From: Nitrospirota bacterium
Lineage (GTDB): Bacteria; Nitrospirota; UBA9217
NCBI GenBank assembly: GCA_963740085.1
Contig: CAVUCU010000001.1
Location: 768,001 to 832,000 of the forward strand
Direction: 5' to 3'
DNA length: 64,000 nucleotides
The position numbers were made by a program, and so were the translations under genes. Shown here piece by piece: positions 39,779 to 50,417 of the stretch. The first letter of the stretch is position 1; the number at the start of each line of letters is the position of its first letter. The notes below the pieces were generated by a model. The model had not been told where the DNA came from. It did no database searches and saw only the letters and a program-made list of their open reading frames with translations.

Positions 39779-39929
39779 ACGGTGTGCTCCTCTCTGCAAG
39801 GAAATCGTTTCGGGAAGGGAAGACATATAATGACGAGAGCTGCCTGTAAAATGAATGGATTATTTTATCACAGAAGACCGGTTGAAAACAACAAAATATG
39901 TTGCCGTCAAGCCCCTCTCTCCGAACTGG

Positions 39930-40571
39930 TCATATGTTCTTCGACGGGCAGAGGTCGACAAGGACGCATACCGCATGGTCGGCCTTTTTCGCCTGGCAGA
40001 CCTTTCTGCCGTGGAATATCAGCAGGTGCGACAAATGCCCCCATTCTTCTTTCGGAGTGATCGCGATCAGGTCCTTTTCGATCTTCACCGGGTCGTCGTG
40101 CTTCGTCAGACCGAGGCGATAGGCAAGCCGCTTCACGTGGGTGTCCACGGCGATTCCTTCATTGATACCAAAGGCGCTCGACAGCACGATGTTGGCCGTT
40201 TTTCGTGCCACCCCCGGCAGCGAGACAAGCTCTTCCATGGTCTGCGGGACCTTGCCTCCGAATTTTTCGATAAGCATCTTTGCGGTTTTATTGATGTTCT
40301 TCGCCTTATTGTTAAAAAAATTCACGGACCGGATGTCCTGGGCCAGCTTTTCCGGCGTGGTCTTCGCAACATCCTGCACTGACCGGTATTTTTTAAACAG
40401 CTCTTCGGTCACCCTGTTCACGAGCACATCCGTGGTCTGGGCCGAGAGGATCGTGGCAACAAGCAGTTCGAACGGAGTGGAGTAATGAAGCGCGGTCTGC
40501 GGCGTTCCGGCATACTTTTTTTTAAGCCTCCGGATGATCTCTGCGATGTTTTTTTTGTTCTGAGTATTCAT
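39930..40571 (-). CDS. nth: Endonuclease III
   Basis: LVATILSAQTTD, LPGVARKTAN, IAVDTHV and HGRKVC...C..C.....C motifs. Confidence 0.95.
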   Translation of the reverse strand: MNTQNKKNIAEIIRRLKKKYAGTPQTALHYSTPFELLVATILSAQTTDVLVNRVTEELFKKYRSVQDVAKTTPEKLAQDIRSVNFFNNKAKNINKTAKMLIEKFGGKVPQTMEELVSLPGVARKTANIVLSSAFGINEGIAVDTHVKRLAYRLGLTKHDDPVKIEKDLIAITPKEEWGHLSHLLIFHGRKVCQAKKADHAVCVLVDLCPSKNI

Positions 40572-40615
40572 GGTCACCTGAACGCCGGCATTTTCGGGCC
40601 TTTTGCAGTCGCATA

Positions 40616-41380
40616 TTATTGGAACGGTGTGATCAGAAAGCCCCACAAACGCTGATACTTCTCTTCCCTGAAGGTTGGCAGACCCAGAGTAATGGTCCGT
40701 GTCTCCTCGCGCACCCTGAACGTGCCGCCAAGCCGGTCCCACAACGAGAGGAAACTGGTATAGTTCGATTTTTTTTCATCCGGATCCACCGAGTGGTGCA
40801 CCCGGTGCATGTTCGGCGTCACGATGAGTACGCGGAGCAGGCGGTCCCCTGTTTCCGGCAAGGCAAGATTGCTGTGATGGAACAGGGTCGAGATGTTCAG
40901 CATGACCTCAAAAAGCACCAACTCGCCAAAATTCATCCCGATCAGGACAAGAACGGGAAGGCGTATGAACGAGGAAAGGACCAGTTCTCCGGGATGAAAA
41001 CGGAGCGCCGTGGTCGTGTCCATCTCGATGTCCGAATGGTGAGCCCGATGAAACCGCCAGAAAAAAGAGAACTCGTGGTTCGCCATATGCCAATAATACA
41101 TCCAGATATCGAAGAGAAGGAACACAACGATCATGTGTGCCGCACGGGGAAGTTCCACCAAGCTCATGAGACCAAGCGAATGCGCCTTACCCCAACTGAT
41201 CACCTGCATCGTGATGCCGGCCAGCAAAAAACGCGTCAGGAGACCGTTCAGGACCGCGGTCAGCACATGGGGCATTCCATGTCTGATCCTCAGCCTGCGT
41301 CCCTGCAGGTGAGGAATAAACCCTTCCATCGTAAAAATAAGGACAAGGACTGATATGATAATGATCGGCTTGGTTTCCAT
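40616..41380 (-). CDS. Sterol desaturase / fatty acid hydroxylase family protein
   Basis: HMANH, HRAHHSD, FHHSN and HRVHHS histidine boxes. Confidence 0.9.
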   Translation of the reverse strand: METKPIIIISVLVLIFTMEGFIPHLQGRRLRIRHGMPHVLTAVLNGLLTRFLLAGITMQVISWGKAHSLGLMSLVELPRAAHMIVVFLLFDIWMYYWHMANHEFSFFWRFHRAHHSDIEMDTTTALRFHPGELVLSSFIRLPVLVLIGMNFGELVLFEVMLNISTLFHHSNLALPETGDRLLRVLIVTPNMHRVHHSVDPDEKKSNYTSFLSLWDRLGGTFRVREETRTITLGLPTFREEKYQRLWGFLITPFQ

Positions 41381-41385
41381 AGTGT

Positions 41386-42066
41386 CTATTTAAAAATGCT
41401 CTTCCGATGCTGTTCGAGAAAAGACCGGGTCCTCGATATTTCCGGTGCCGGACCCGTGATTTGAGACATGAGCGTCTTCAGGTCCTCCACCGTATCGACA
41501 TCCGTCAATTCCGGCAAGACGTAGACCTTCAATGATGCGTCATGCAGCTTGTCCATCGTCTCGCGAAAAACGGTTTTTGTGCTCCATACCATACCATGAA
41601 AGATACCCGGCTCAAATGATTTTTTTCTAAAGCCGATCAGGTAATAGCCGCCGTCGTCTGCCGGACCGATGACCGCGTCATGCGTCAAAAGCGCCGCAAA
41701 AGCCTCTTCTATCACATCGGCCGTCAATCCCGGGATATCGCTCCCGATCAGGAGCGCATTGTCCGCGTCCCCGGTAAAAGCACGCTCGAAAGCCGTCTTC
41801 ATGCGGTCACCAAGGTCTTCGCCGGACTGAGGGACCAAGGGATGGTCATTCCCGAGCCATTCGACAACTTGATCCTGCGCGCCGGACGGGGTGAAACAGA
41901 CCTGGAACGGAAAACCTCCCCTCGTCAGCATATCGATCGTATCCAGCACCATCTTCTCGTAAAGATGAAGGACGAGGTCTTCATCCATGCATTGCGCAAG
42001 CCGGGATTTCACTTTGCCTTTTTCCGGAAGTTTAACGAACAGGATAACACTGCGATTGTCATTCAT
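41386..42066 (-). CDS. TIGR04282/DUF2064 transferase (rSAM/selenodomain- and arsenosugar-associated)
   Basis: GKVKSRLA, DLGDRM, IGSDIP, GPADDGGYYLIG and DVDTVEDL motifs. Confidence 0.9.
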   Translation of the reverse strand: MNDNRSVILFVKLPEKGKVKSRLAQCMDEDLVLHLYEKMVLDTIDMLTRGGFPFQVCFTPSGAQDQVVEWLGNDHPLVPQSGEDLGDRMKTAFERAFTGDADNALLIGSDIPGLTADVIEEAFAALLTHDAVIGPADDGGYYLIGFRKKSFEPGIFHGMVWSTKTVFRETMDKLHDASLKVYVLPELTDVDTVEDLKTLMSQITGPAPEISRTRSFLEQHRKSIFK

Positions 42067-42071
42067 CGTAT

Positions 42072-42839
42072 CTATCGGAAGACCTCAATATATTCCATAA
42101 AGGATATCGAATGTTCACCGGTATTGTCGGAATCATTCATGATCGCGATCCGCGCGCGGATCGGCGGTTTACGTCCAAAGGCCTTTTGATAGTCATCGAC
42201 GATATTGATCTCCTGATCCTGCCACGTGCCCACATTCTTCGGGCCTTTCTGCAGGAGGACCATCATCGCCCGGTCCGTGAAGGGGCTGACAAGGATCGAC
42301 GCGGGCTCTTCCTTGCTTGCCCAGACATAGCTCAGACTGCTCTCGGGCGGATACTCACCGTACAACTTCTTCGCAATCCCGTATTCGATCTTCTCGAACG
42401 TCCCCGCTCTGTCCGGATCGTACTCGAACATGACATATACGCGCATGGGATAATCGTCCCCTGACTTTGTCCTGGCATCACCCTTTGCATAGACATTGTT
42501 CACCTTCCAGCGCCATTTCACGCGGGGATAGTCGTACACGGTGAATGAATCCTTATACACGATCGCCGATGCCGAGTCCTGGCTTTCCGCCTTGAGGTAA
42601 TGACGTTCACCGTCTCTTTGAATTGTATAAACCGAGTGCTTTTTTATCTTTGGGAAATAAAAGGGCTTCCAGTTGTCCAGTGTGGCAAAATCCTCGCGGA
42701 AAAGGACCGACCTCTCCAGCGTATGGGCGACTGGAACCAGAAAAAGGGTCAGAAGAAGCGCAAACAGCCATGACCTCACAGGGGGAAGGCTTTTCATCAT
42801 TTTTGTCATTCGAGTGAATTCGTGGCGGCAATTTTTCAA
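42072..42839 (-). CDS. DUF3047 exported protein
   Basis: WRWKV, KSGDDYPMRVYV, SYVWA and IMNDSDNTG motifs. Confidence 0.85.
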   Translation of the reverse strand: MKNCRHEFTRMTKMMKSLPPVRSWLFALLLTLFLVPVAHTLERSVLFREDFATLDNWKPFYFPKIKKHSVYTIQRDGERHYLKAESQDSASAIVYKDSFTVYDYPRVKWRWKVNNVYAKGDARTKSGDDYPMRVYVMFEYDPDRAGTFEKIEYGIAKKLYGEYPPESSLSYVWASKEEPASILVSPFTDRAMMVLLQKGPKNVGTWQDQEINIVDDYQKAFGRKPPIRARIAIMNDSDNTGEHSISFMEYIEVFR

Positions 42840-43531
42840 GATTTATACCATTTTGCGAGCTGTTCGGGCGACATGCCGAGCACGTACGAAATCTGCAGCA
42901 GCCAGTTCCTGAGCGTACAGTTCAGGACGCCTTCCTGCTCGTACCTGCGCACCGAGGTCCGCACCTTTACCGGTATGATACAGATATTGTCCGACCGCTT
43001 CCTGATACGCCTCATCAGTTCCACATCTTCCATGATCGGGATATCCCGGTATCCGCCGACCTTCTCAAAAATTTCACGCCGGATAAAGATGGCCTGGTCG
43101 CCGAATGGTATCTTTGTCAGTCGTGTCCGGAGAAAAACATACGCCTCGGTGATCTTGAAAATCCTTCGCTTCGAATCGAAACCAAGATCGAACGCTCCGC
43201 CGGCAAAACGTTTGTCGTTCATCGTTGACCGGATCAAGTCAAATGCGTTCGACGGCAGGTGGGTGTCAGCATGGAGAAACAGGAGAACCTCGCCGGTTGC
43301 GAGCGCTGCTCCGTGGTTCATCTGCCTGGCCCGACCCCTTTCAGAAACCGCCGTGCGCACGCCGTCATCCTTGATCGTGCCGACGGTGCTTCCCCCGGGA
43401 TCGCCGTCGACCACGATGATCTCCACCCTGCCGGCGGCATCAAGTCCACGAATATGATCAACGGTCTCACTGATGCTCCCGGCCTCGTTCAATACGGGAA
43501 TGATGATCGAGAGTGCGGGTATGCGGTCCAT
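42836..43531 (-). CDS. TIGR04283 family GT2 glycosyltransferase
   Basis: SIIIPVLNE, GRARQMNHGA, LFLHADT, PFGDQAIF, IMEDV and TSVRR motifs. Confidence 0.92.
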   Translation of the reverse strand: MDRIPALSIIIPVLNEAGSISETVDHIRGLDAAGRVEIIVVDGDPGGSTVGTIKDDGVRTAVSERGRARQMNHGAALATGEVLLFLHADTHLPSNAFDLIRSTMNDKRFAGGAFDLGFDSKRRIFKITEAYVFLRTRLTKIPFGDQAIFIRREIFEKVGGYRDIPIMEDVELMRRIRKRSDNICIIPVKVRTSVRRYEQEGVLNCTLRNWLLQISYVLGMSPEQLAKWYKS

Positions 43532-43538
43532 CACCTGC

Positions 43539-43997
43539 TCACTTTCCCAACGCCTTCCATCTCGCCCGGATATCCTCAATCCGTTTCCGGTTGACCCCGA
43601 GATCGGAATGTCCGACGCGTGCTGCTGATCGGACTTGGATGAGCTTTGTGTTTTCATCGAACCAGAACTCCACATCATCGACGAACCGGAAGATCGCGCT
43701 GGTGAACTCCGCGTGAATATAAGTGCCCGTATCCGTGATGATGCGGGACCTCTTCATGCTGAGAATGATCTTCTTGATCCCGTCGTGCGCCTCGGCGACC
43801 GAGCCAACGAACGATAGCGGCTCGACAGCATGCTCCCGATCAGCGCTTTGGCTCGACACGCAGTTGGGCGAGGAGGGGCAAGGTGCAAGTTTGCCGTCTT
43901 TGATCCCGAGGTTGGCAGGCCGCACCCCGGTACAACCGATGATCAACAGGCTCAGCATTGCGATCGACAACAGTATGCGCTCCGTTCCCGCATCCAT
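43539..43997 (-). CDS. DUF1499 lipoprotein
   Basis: IIGC lipobox; CPSSPNCVSS, FVDDVEF and RVGHSDLGVNRKR motifs. Confidence 0.9.
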   Translation of the reverse strand: MDAGTERILLSIAMLSLLIIGCTGVRPANLGIKDGKLAPCPSSPNCVSSQSADREHAVEPLSFVGSVAEAHDGIKKIILSMKRSRIITDTGTYIHAEFTSAIFRFVDDVEFWFDENTKLIQVRSAARVGHSDLGVNRKRIEDIRARWKALGK

Positions 43998-44128
43998 AAG
44001 GCACCTCCCGGTATAATGTCGTAATGATGATATTATACACGATTTTTCCATTCTCACCTCATGCATCGGTTGCTGTGTTGATGAAGTATGCTCCTCTGCG
44101 GTCTGCGCCTCATTACTATATTATTCCA

Positions 44129-44158
44129 TTGACAAGACGGGCCCTTACAAGGTATTAT
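44129..44158 (+). promoter_or_regulatory. Putative sigma70 promoter upstream of typA
   Basis: TTGACA-N18-TATTAT. Confidence 0.45.
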
Positions 44159-44274
44159 GCCCAGCTTGAAAAGAACCCAAACTGCGTTCCACGAAAAATC
44201 CCGTCACCAAGAACTTCTTCGTGCTCATCGTGGTAAAAAAAGGTTCATTCGTAAAAAGTTGAAACCCAATGTAC

Positions 44275-44443
44275 AACCACTGAGACACGGAGACACGGAG
44301 CAAGGCCGGGAAACGTGGGGGATTTTAAAAACCTCGGGGTCCTTCTATTTTCCCTGATAAATCAGAGCATCACAAAAGACGCTACTCTTAACACTCCGTA
44401 GTAAAATAACATCAGTCCTCTGTGCCTCCGCGTCTCCGTGGTG
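44275..44443. repeat. REP/MITE-like element with inverted ends
   Basis: ACCACTGAGACACGGAGACACGGAG ... CTCTGTGCCTCCGCGTCTCCGTGGT. Confidence 0.65.
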
Positions 44444-44495
44444 AGAAAAGCCTTTTCAATTAAAATACAAAAGAACTTAAAAAAGGATAAAAGGA

Positions 44496-46316
44496 ATGAT
44501 AAAAAGAACCGACCTTCGCAACATAGCCATCATCGCCCACGTTGACCATGGCAAGACGACCCTTGTGGACACCCTCCTGCGCCAGAGCGGGACCTTCCGC
44601 GACAATGAGCGCATCCAGGAACGGGTGATGGACAACATCGACCTCGAACGCGAGCGCGGGATCACCATCATGGCCAAGAACACGTCTCTCCATTACAACG
44701 GCGTGAAGATCAATATCGTGGACACGCCCGGCCATGCGGACTTCGGCGGCGAGGTGGAGCGCACCCTCAAGATGGTGGATGGCGTTCTGCTGCTCGTGGA
44801 CGCCTCGGAAGGGCCGTTGCCCCAGACCCGCTTCGTGCTCAAGAAGGCGCTCGAGCTCGGGTTGCCGCCGATCCTCGTCATCAACAAGATAGACCGTCCG
44901 GACGCCCGTATCGCCGAAGTGGTGGATGAGGTTTACGACCTGTTCATCGACCTCGACGCAAACGATTCCCAGCTCGACTTCCCTGTTGTGTATACAAACG
45001 CGCGTGACGGCGTCGCCAAACTGAAGATGGAGGATGAGGGAAAGAATCTCAAACCGCTCTTTGATCTTATCGTGAACACCGTACCGCAGGCGGAAGGCGA
45101 CGAGACCGCGCCGCTCCAGCTCCTGGTCATGAACATCATTTACAATGATTATGTCGGACGTCTGGCCATCGGAAAGATCTTCGCCGGCACCGCAAGGGTG
45201 GCCGATCCCATCGGGGTGATCACCCAGAACAATGGCATGGTCAAGACCAAGATCACGTCGCTCTTTTCGTTTGAGGGCCTGAAGCGCGTGGACACTCCCA
45301 GCGCGACGGTCGGCGATATCGTTGCCCTGGCCGGCATTGAAGGCGTGAACATCGGAGATACGATCACAGACCCCGAGAACCCCAAGCCCCTGCCGCGCAT
45401 TGCCGTGGACGAGCCCACGATCTCGATGATCTTCTCGATCAACAACTCACCCTTTGCAGGCAAGGAAGGCAAGTTCGTCACCTCCCGCCATTTGAAAGAA
45501 CGGCTTGAGAAGGAACTCCTGTACAATGTCGCGATCAAGGTAGAACCGGGTGACGCAACCGACTCCTTCAAGGTCCTGGGACGAGGAGAACTGCAGCTTG
45601 CGATCCTGATCGAGATGATGCGGCGGGAAGGCTATGAGCTCTCGGTTTCCCAGCCCGAGACCATTACCAAGATCCGCGATGGAAAGACCTTCGAGCCCAT
45701 GGAAAACCTGGTCATCGATTGCCCTGACGAGTTCATAGGCGTGGTGACCCAGAAGCTCGGCTCTCGCAAGGGTCGCATGACCAAGATGGCGAACAACGGG
45801 CATGGACGGGTCAGACTCGAGTTCCGCATCCCTGCGCGCGGCCTCATCGGCTTCCGGTCGGAATTCTTGACCGACACGCGCGGCACCGGCCTCCTGAACC
45901 ACCTTTTTGACGGATACGAACCCTGGCAGGGCCCGATCGCCAAGCGCTCCACCGGAGCGCTCGTGGCCGACCGGGCGGGAAAGACCACGACCTATGCCCT
46001 CTACCATATCCAGCCCCGCGGCGAGCTCTTCATCAATGAAAGCACGGCGGTATATGAAGGCATGATCGTGGGGGAGAACTCCCGCGAGACCGACATGGAC
46101 GTGAACGTGATCAAGGAAAAGAAACTCACGAACATGCGCGCTTCGGGCGCTGACGAAGCGCTTCGGCTTGTGCCCCACCGGCTGCTGTCTCTTGAACAGT
46201 CACTCGAGTTCATCAAGGAAGACGAACTCGTGGAAGTAACGCCACATTCCATCCGGCTTCGGAAGAAGGTCCTTGACCAGAATAAAAGGCCGAAGAACAG
46301 GGAAAAGAGCGAGTAA
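44496..46316 (+). CDS. typA: Translational GTPase TypA/BipA
   Basis: [30 protein letters not shown] and KKLTNMRA motifs. Confidence 0.98.
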   Translation: MIKRTDLRNIAIIAHVDHGKTTLVDTLLRQSGTFRDNERIQERVMDNIDLERERGITIMAKNTSLHYNGVKINIVDTPGHADFGGEVERTLKMVDGVLLLVDASEGPLPQTRFVLKKALELGLPPILVINKIDRPDARIAEVVDEVYDLFIDLDANDSQLDFPVVYTNARDGVAKLKMEDEGKNLKPLFDLIVNTVPQAEGDETAPLQLLVMNIIYNDYVGRLAIGKIFAGTARVADPIGVITQNNGMVKTKITSLFSFEGLKRVDTPSATVGDIVALAGIEGVNIGDTITDPENPKPLPRIAVDEPTISMIFSINNSPFAGKEGKFVTSRHLKERLEKELLYNVAIKVEPGDATDSFKVLGRGELQLAILIEMMRREGYELSVSQPETITKIRDGKTFEPMENLVIDCPDEFIGVVTQKLGSRKGRMTKMANNGHGRVRLEFRIPARGLIGFRSEFLTDTRGTGLLNHLFDGYEPWQGPIAKRSTGALVADRAGKTTTYALYHIQPRGELFINESTAVYEGMIVGENSRETDMDVNVIKEKKLTNMRASGADEALRLVPHRLLSLEQSLEFIKEDELVEVTPHSIRLRKKVLDQNKRPKNREKSE

Positions 46317-46338
46317 ACTTTTACAGTACTTGACTAAG

Positions 46339-46371
46339 AAAAGGGGTCATCTCATCGATGACCCCTTTTTT
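46339..46371 (+). terminator. Intrinsic terminator, possibly bidirectional
   Basis: AAAAGGGGTCATC-TCATC-GATGACCCCTTTTTT. Confidence 0.85.
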
Positions 46372-46504
46372 GCCCTCAACCGCACTGTGCTGACTTTGCT
46401 CAGTTCAACGTGAGGAATTTGCGGAGCTATAAACATCGAACTGCAAAAAAGACGGGGCAGCCTTTCAGCTCCCCCGTTGTGTGTGGCTCCCACCTGGTTG
46501 TAGG

Positions 46505-46972
46505 TTACTTCATCCCGTCAGCGATAGACTTGTCGATCGACCACTTGCCGCCGCCCCTGATCATCAGGGCGATCCCGATAGCAATGACGAGCAGATGGTA
46601 CTCGAAGCCCTCGCCTACGGGTTTACCCTCGCTTGTCATTGCACCGAACCAATTCATAAAAAACCCGTTATGCCAGTGAATCATGTATACGGCAACGATC
46701 ATGTTGACGGTGATGCCGAAGGCTGCGACACGGGTCAGAAGCCCCGTGATCAGTCCGAGCCATCCGAGCCCTTCCGCCATGATGGCCAGAAAGGCGAACA
46801 CCGCGGGAATGCCGAGTTTGCCGGTAAAGAATCCCATGGTCCCTTCAAAGCCATATCCTCCGAACATGGTTGTCAGTTTTTGCATGCCATGCGGGAAAAA
46901 CACAATCCCAAGCATGACACGGAGCACCAGCAGCGCCACATCATCGTTCGTTTGCATAAGTTTCTTAAACAT
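46505..46972 (-). CDS. DoxX family membrane protein
   Basis: LRVMLG..FFPHGMQK, GFEYHL and GGGKWSID motifs. Confidence 0.9.
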   Translation of the reverse strand: MFKKLMQTNDDVALLVLRVMLGIVFFPHGMQKLTTMFGGYGFEGTMGFFTGKLGIPAVFAFLAIMAEGLGWLGLITGLLTRVAAFGITVNMIVAVYMIHWHNGFFMNWFGAMTSEGKPVGEGFEYHLLVIAIGIALMIRGGGKWSIDKSIADGMK

Positions 46973-47031
46973 AGCCGCCCTCTTTTGATTCAAAACCGCT
47001 CACTTACATTTCGCCGCGCCATTGATACGAA

Positions 47032-47256
47032 TCAGTCGACCTTTGCATGGGTTCCGTCGCAATAGGGGGCCTTTTTCGTACGCTGGCACGTACACAACAC
47101 GACCTTCTTTTTTGCGTCCAGTACAAACTCTACCGGCACAAAGGTCGTCCCCTTGTGTGAACCGTCGCAAAACGGCACTTTGTTTGACTTACCGCAGCTG
47201 CACCAATAGTACGTCCCCGGCTCCAACTCCATTATCATAGGCAATTTTTTGTTCAT
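47032..47256 (-). CDS. CDGSH iron-sulfur domain protein (two motifs)
   Basis: WCSCGKS...PFCDGSH and LCTCQRT...PYCDGTH. Confidence 0.92.
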   Translation of the reverse strand: MNKKLPMIMELEPGTYYWCSCGKSNKVPFCDGSHKGTTFVPVEFVLDAKKKVVLCTCQRTKKAPYCDGTHAKVD

Positions 47257-47530
47257 TGCTTCCTCCTTTGTATGTATCATAGAGTATAGCACTATTTTTT
47301 ATATCATTTTGTCAAGTCCGGGTGAAGTAAAAAGGAAGGAGCAGGCAATCTCGAGAAGTGATAGCGGGTGCGATTATTTATCCTGGAAAAACACCGAGAC
47401 GCTGTCGAAGCGGGTCAGCATATGCTGAAATCGAATAAAAAAACTCTTTTCCTGTTTAACCGGCACCAGAGAAAAAATCCGCTGTTATCCGGATCTTATC
47501 AGTGAAAACCCGTGTTAAAAAAATCGTTTG

Positions 47531-47815
47531 TCAGGTTTCTATGAACTGCAGGCCGGAGCGGTAAAAGTTGTCATCTTCTTTTCTGGTCCAGCAGACCGCA
47601 GCTGTCCGGGAATCGACCGGGAGGGTGGTCTTGATGGTGATCTGTTGCCCTTTGGGGAGAAGTTCGAATAAATACATGCCAAGGCCGGTTGAACTGAGGT
47701 TGTTGGCAACAGCTTTATGAACTACCGCCTCCTTGTCCTCTGGAGGCCCCAAGACATACTCGATCGTTGCAGGGTAATCATAACGTGTATCTTTTCTCGT
47801 CCTGGTATACGACAT
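47531..47815 (-). CDS. PilZ-like domain protein
   Basis: RKDTR (RxxxR) and NLSSTG (N/DxSxxG) motifs; ends GLQF. Confidence 0.7.
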   Translation of the reverse strand: MSYTRTRKDTRYDYPATIEYVLGPPEDKEAVVHKAVANNLSSTGLGMYLFELLPKGQQITIKTTLPVDSRTAAVCWTRKEDDNFYRSGLQFIET

Positions 47816-48250
47816 GTCTCTCCATGATGATCCGGAATCATCGGCTGCAGTAATGGGTTTAATAATAAGCTGACGCACCTTGCTTGTCAATACACCTTTA
47901 ATGTCAGGACCTGTAACAGCCGGGGCTTCGACGTGGGCGACTCGACTGAACGCGCCGAAGCCTCCGGGTAAAACAGACTTCCCTTTTTCATAACATTCTT
48001 GACTCTATCTCGTTATTCCTCTCTTTACATTTGAAATGATCTGCGGTATCTTTCCCAGGGAAGCGGCCGGAAATCGAAGCTCCCTGCAATCCCGCCGTTT
48101 CCGGGCGAGAGGAATCTCGATTCTCAAGGTAGGAACATAAGCTATTCGCTCCCTGAGCCCGCGTCAAGCATGCGGGGAATGCCCTCACTCCGGAACTCAT
48201 GGCCAACTGTTTTTTAAGGATGTATGACATCACTGCAAAAGGGAACGATC

Positions 48251-48793
48251 ATGACCGATGACATTCAGGAAATACTCATCGACGATCAGGCGATCGCTGA
48301 AAAGGTCCGGGAAATTGCAGCCCGAATATCGGCGGACTATGCGGGCAAGGAGCTGGTACTGATCTGCATCCTGAAGGGCGCCGCTGTTTTCACCGCAGAC
48401 CTTATGCGGCACCTTACCCTTCCCGTCACCGTGGAATTTGTACAGGCAGCGAGCTACGGCGCTTCAACAACCCGATCGAAAAAAATAGTCGTCGAGACGG
48501 TTGGAGAGATCGACATTTCGGGTAAGCATGCGCTCCTTGTCGATACGATCATCGACACCGGGGAGACAATGGCCTGTCTGTTCAATGAGTTTGCGGGACG
48601 AGGTCCGGCCAGCCTCAAGGCGGTCACCCTGCTGGATAAAAGATCGCGCCGGACTGCGAAAGTCTCAATCCTGTGCTGTGGTTTCGAGATCCCTGACAAG
48701 TTCGTGGTGGGATACGGCATGGACTACGGAGAAAAGCATAGAAATCTGCCCTGCATCGCGGCGATCAAGACGACCGGTAAAACGATTCCCTGA
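48251..48793 (+). CDS. hpt: Hypoxanthine phosphoribosyltransferase
   Basis: ICILKGA, ASYG, IIDTGET, LLDK and IPDKFVVGYGMDY motifs. Confidence 0.88.
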   Translation: MTDDIQEILIDDQAIAEKVREIAARISADYAGKELVLICILKGAAVFTADLMRHLTLPVTVEFVQAASYGASTTRSKKIVVETVGEIDISGKHALLVDTIIDTGETMACLFNEFAGRGPASLKAVTLLDKRSRRTAKVSILCCGFEIPDKFVVGYGMDYGEKHRNLPCIAAIKTTGKTIP

Positions 48794-48851
48794 TATCCTT
48801 TGCGGAGACGGACCTCCGCTCCCCCGTCGGTCGTTCCTTTACCATTCCCTT

Positions 48852-50417
48852 CTATTCCTCCACAACCAGCAGTTCTGCTGCGGCCTGCTGGACCTCATCC
48901 ATCCTGTCATAGGCGGCGATTAACACATCGGCGTCCCTGAAGTGGTCGAGAAGATAAGGGCTGTCGAAGGAGATCACGATCGATTTCCCCTTTTCCGACT
49001 TGACCGTCTTTAAAAATTTAACCGCCATGTCCCTGAGTTTGTCGTCAATACCTGAATGCCCCTTCGCAGCGGATATCCTCGAATAGATCGCCAAGACCAC
49101 GAACTCCGAGGCCCGGATTCCGTCAAGCACCAGGGATTCCGGTATTTCTGACCCGCTGGTCATGACCATGGCAAGGATGTGTTTGCATCGCGCCCTCATC
49201 GCGTGGACAAAGACATCGCCTGACCCCCTGTTGTTGTCGTCATCGAGAATAAAGCATGCAACTCCTCCATCATGAGGCAGGGGGAACATCTTTTTGTCTC
49301 CGGAGACGATGCGGAGGGCCTTTTGCCCGATCTTCCGTGCAATAAGCCGGTGCTTCGGATAATCGATCCGGACGGCCTTCTGTGCGGTCTTGTCGAAGAG
49401 ACCGAGGCGTGTTTTTGCTGCCGTGATCCGTTCAACTGACTCGCTGATCCGCTGGCTGGTCAACCTTCCCTGATTCACGGCGGACACAACCGCATCAATG
49501 GTCGCCGTCGCGTCGCGCGGGTGAAGCAAAATATCGATCCCGGCTTCCACGGCGCGTACGGCGATCTCATCCGAAGAGCAGTTGCGTGCGAGTGCGCCCA
49601 TGTCAAGAGCGTCGGATACGATCAGCCCCTCGAATTCCATGCCTTCCCGAAGGAGCGCGGTGATCGTCTTCTTCGAGAAGGTCGTCGGGTTCTCCGGGTC
49701 CAGCGCCGGCACGAGCAGGTGAGCCACCATGACCATGCCCACCCCGTCCTTTACGGCCTTGCGGAACGGCGGGAGCTCAACGCGGTTCAGCCGGGTCCGC
49801 GCGGCGCGGATCACCGGCAGCACGGAATGTGAGTCCTGGTCCGTGTCCCCGTGGCCCGGGAAATGCTTGGCGCAAGCCAGAAGTTCCAGCCTGCCCCGCG
49901 TCCCGCGTGACTTCTGAAGCCGCGTGATATATCGAGAACCGAACCATTCAACGATCTCGGGTTCATCGCCGAAGGCCCTGGTGCAGATGATGGGGTTATC
50001 AGGATTGTTGTTTACGTCAACGACGGGAGAAAAAACGGCATGAATTCCCGCGGCGCGCGTCTCGGTCCGCACAATATCGAGCATGGTGTCGAGCAGTTCA
50101 ACGTCTTTTTTCACGCGGCGGTTAATTGCCGACGACACAGCGCGCTGGTTGGGAAAGATCGTCCCTCCGCTAAGCTGCTGGCCGAGGCCGCGCTCCACAT
50201 CGGACGAGATCAGAAGCGGGGTCCCGGCAAGGCCCTGGAGTTCCTGCAGGTACCGCGGGGTATGCTCGACCGCCCCCCCAAAAAGGATAAATCCGCCGAT
50301 GCCGGCCTCAACAAGGACCTTGATCTGGTCAAGGTATCGGGCGTCCTCGAGTCTCGCGCCTTCGAGCCGGGGCATGACCATCTGAGCGACTTCTCGCCTG
50401 AGTGAAGTACTTTGCAT
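48852..50417 (-). CDS. nagZ: GH3 beta-N-acetylglucosaminidase (NagZ-like, two-domain)
   Basis: DVERG, SPVVDVN, KHFPGHGDTDQDSH and SDALDM motifs. Confidence 0.85.
   Translation of the reverse strand: MQSTSLRREVAQMVMPRLEGARLEDARYLDQIKVLVEAGIGGFILFGGAVEHTPRYLQELQGLAGTPLLISSDVERGLGQQLSGGTIFPNQRAVSSAINRRVKKDVELLDTMLDIVRTETRAAGIHAVFSPVVDVNNNPDNPIICTRAFGDEPEIVEWFGSRYITRLQKSRGTRGRLELLACAKHFPGHGDTDQDSHSVLPVIRAARTRLNRVELPPFRKAVKDGVGMVMVAHLLVPALDPENPTTFSKKTITALLREGMEFEGLIVSDALDMGALARNCSSDEIAVRAVEAGIDILLHPRDATATIDAVVSAVNQGRLTSQRISESVERITAAKTRLGLFDKTAQKAVRIDYPKHRLIARKIGQKALRIVSGDKKMFPLPHDGGVACFILDDDNNRGSGDVFVHAMRARCKHILAMVMTSGSEIPESLVLDGIRASEFVVLAIYSRISAAKGHSGIDDKLRDMAVKFLKTVKSEKGKSIVISFDSPYLLDHFRDADVLIAAYDRMDEVQQAAAELLVVEE

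Noticed and set aside
48791-48820. TGA of hpt followed by a hairpin as a Sec site
   Set aside because: No Cys-equivalent context, and the protein is already full length.
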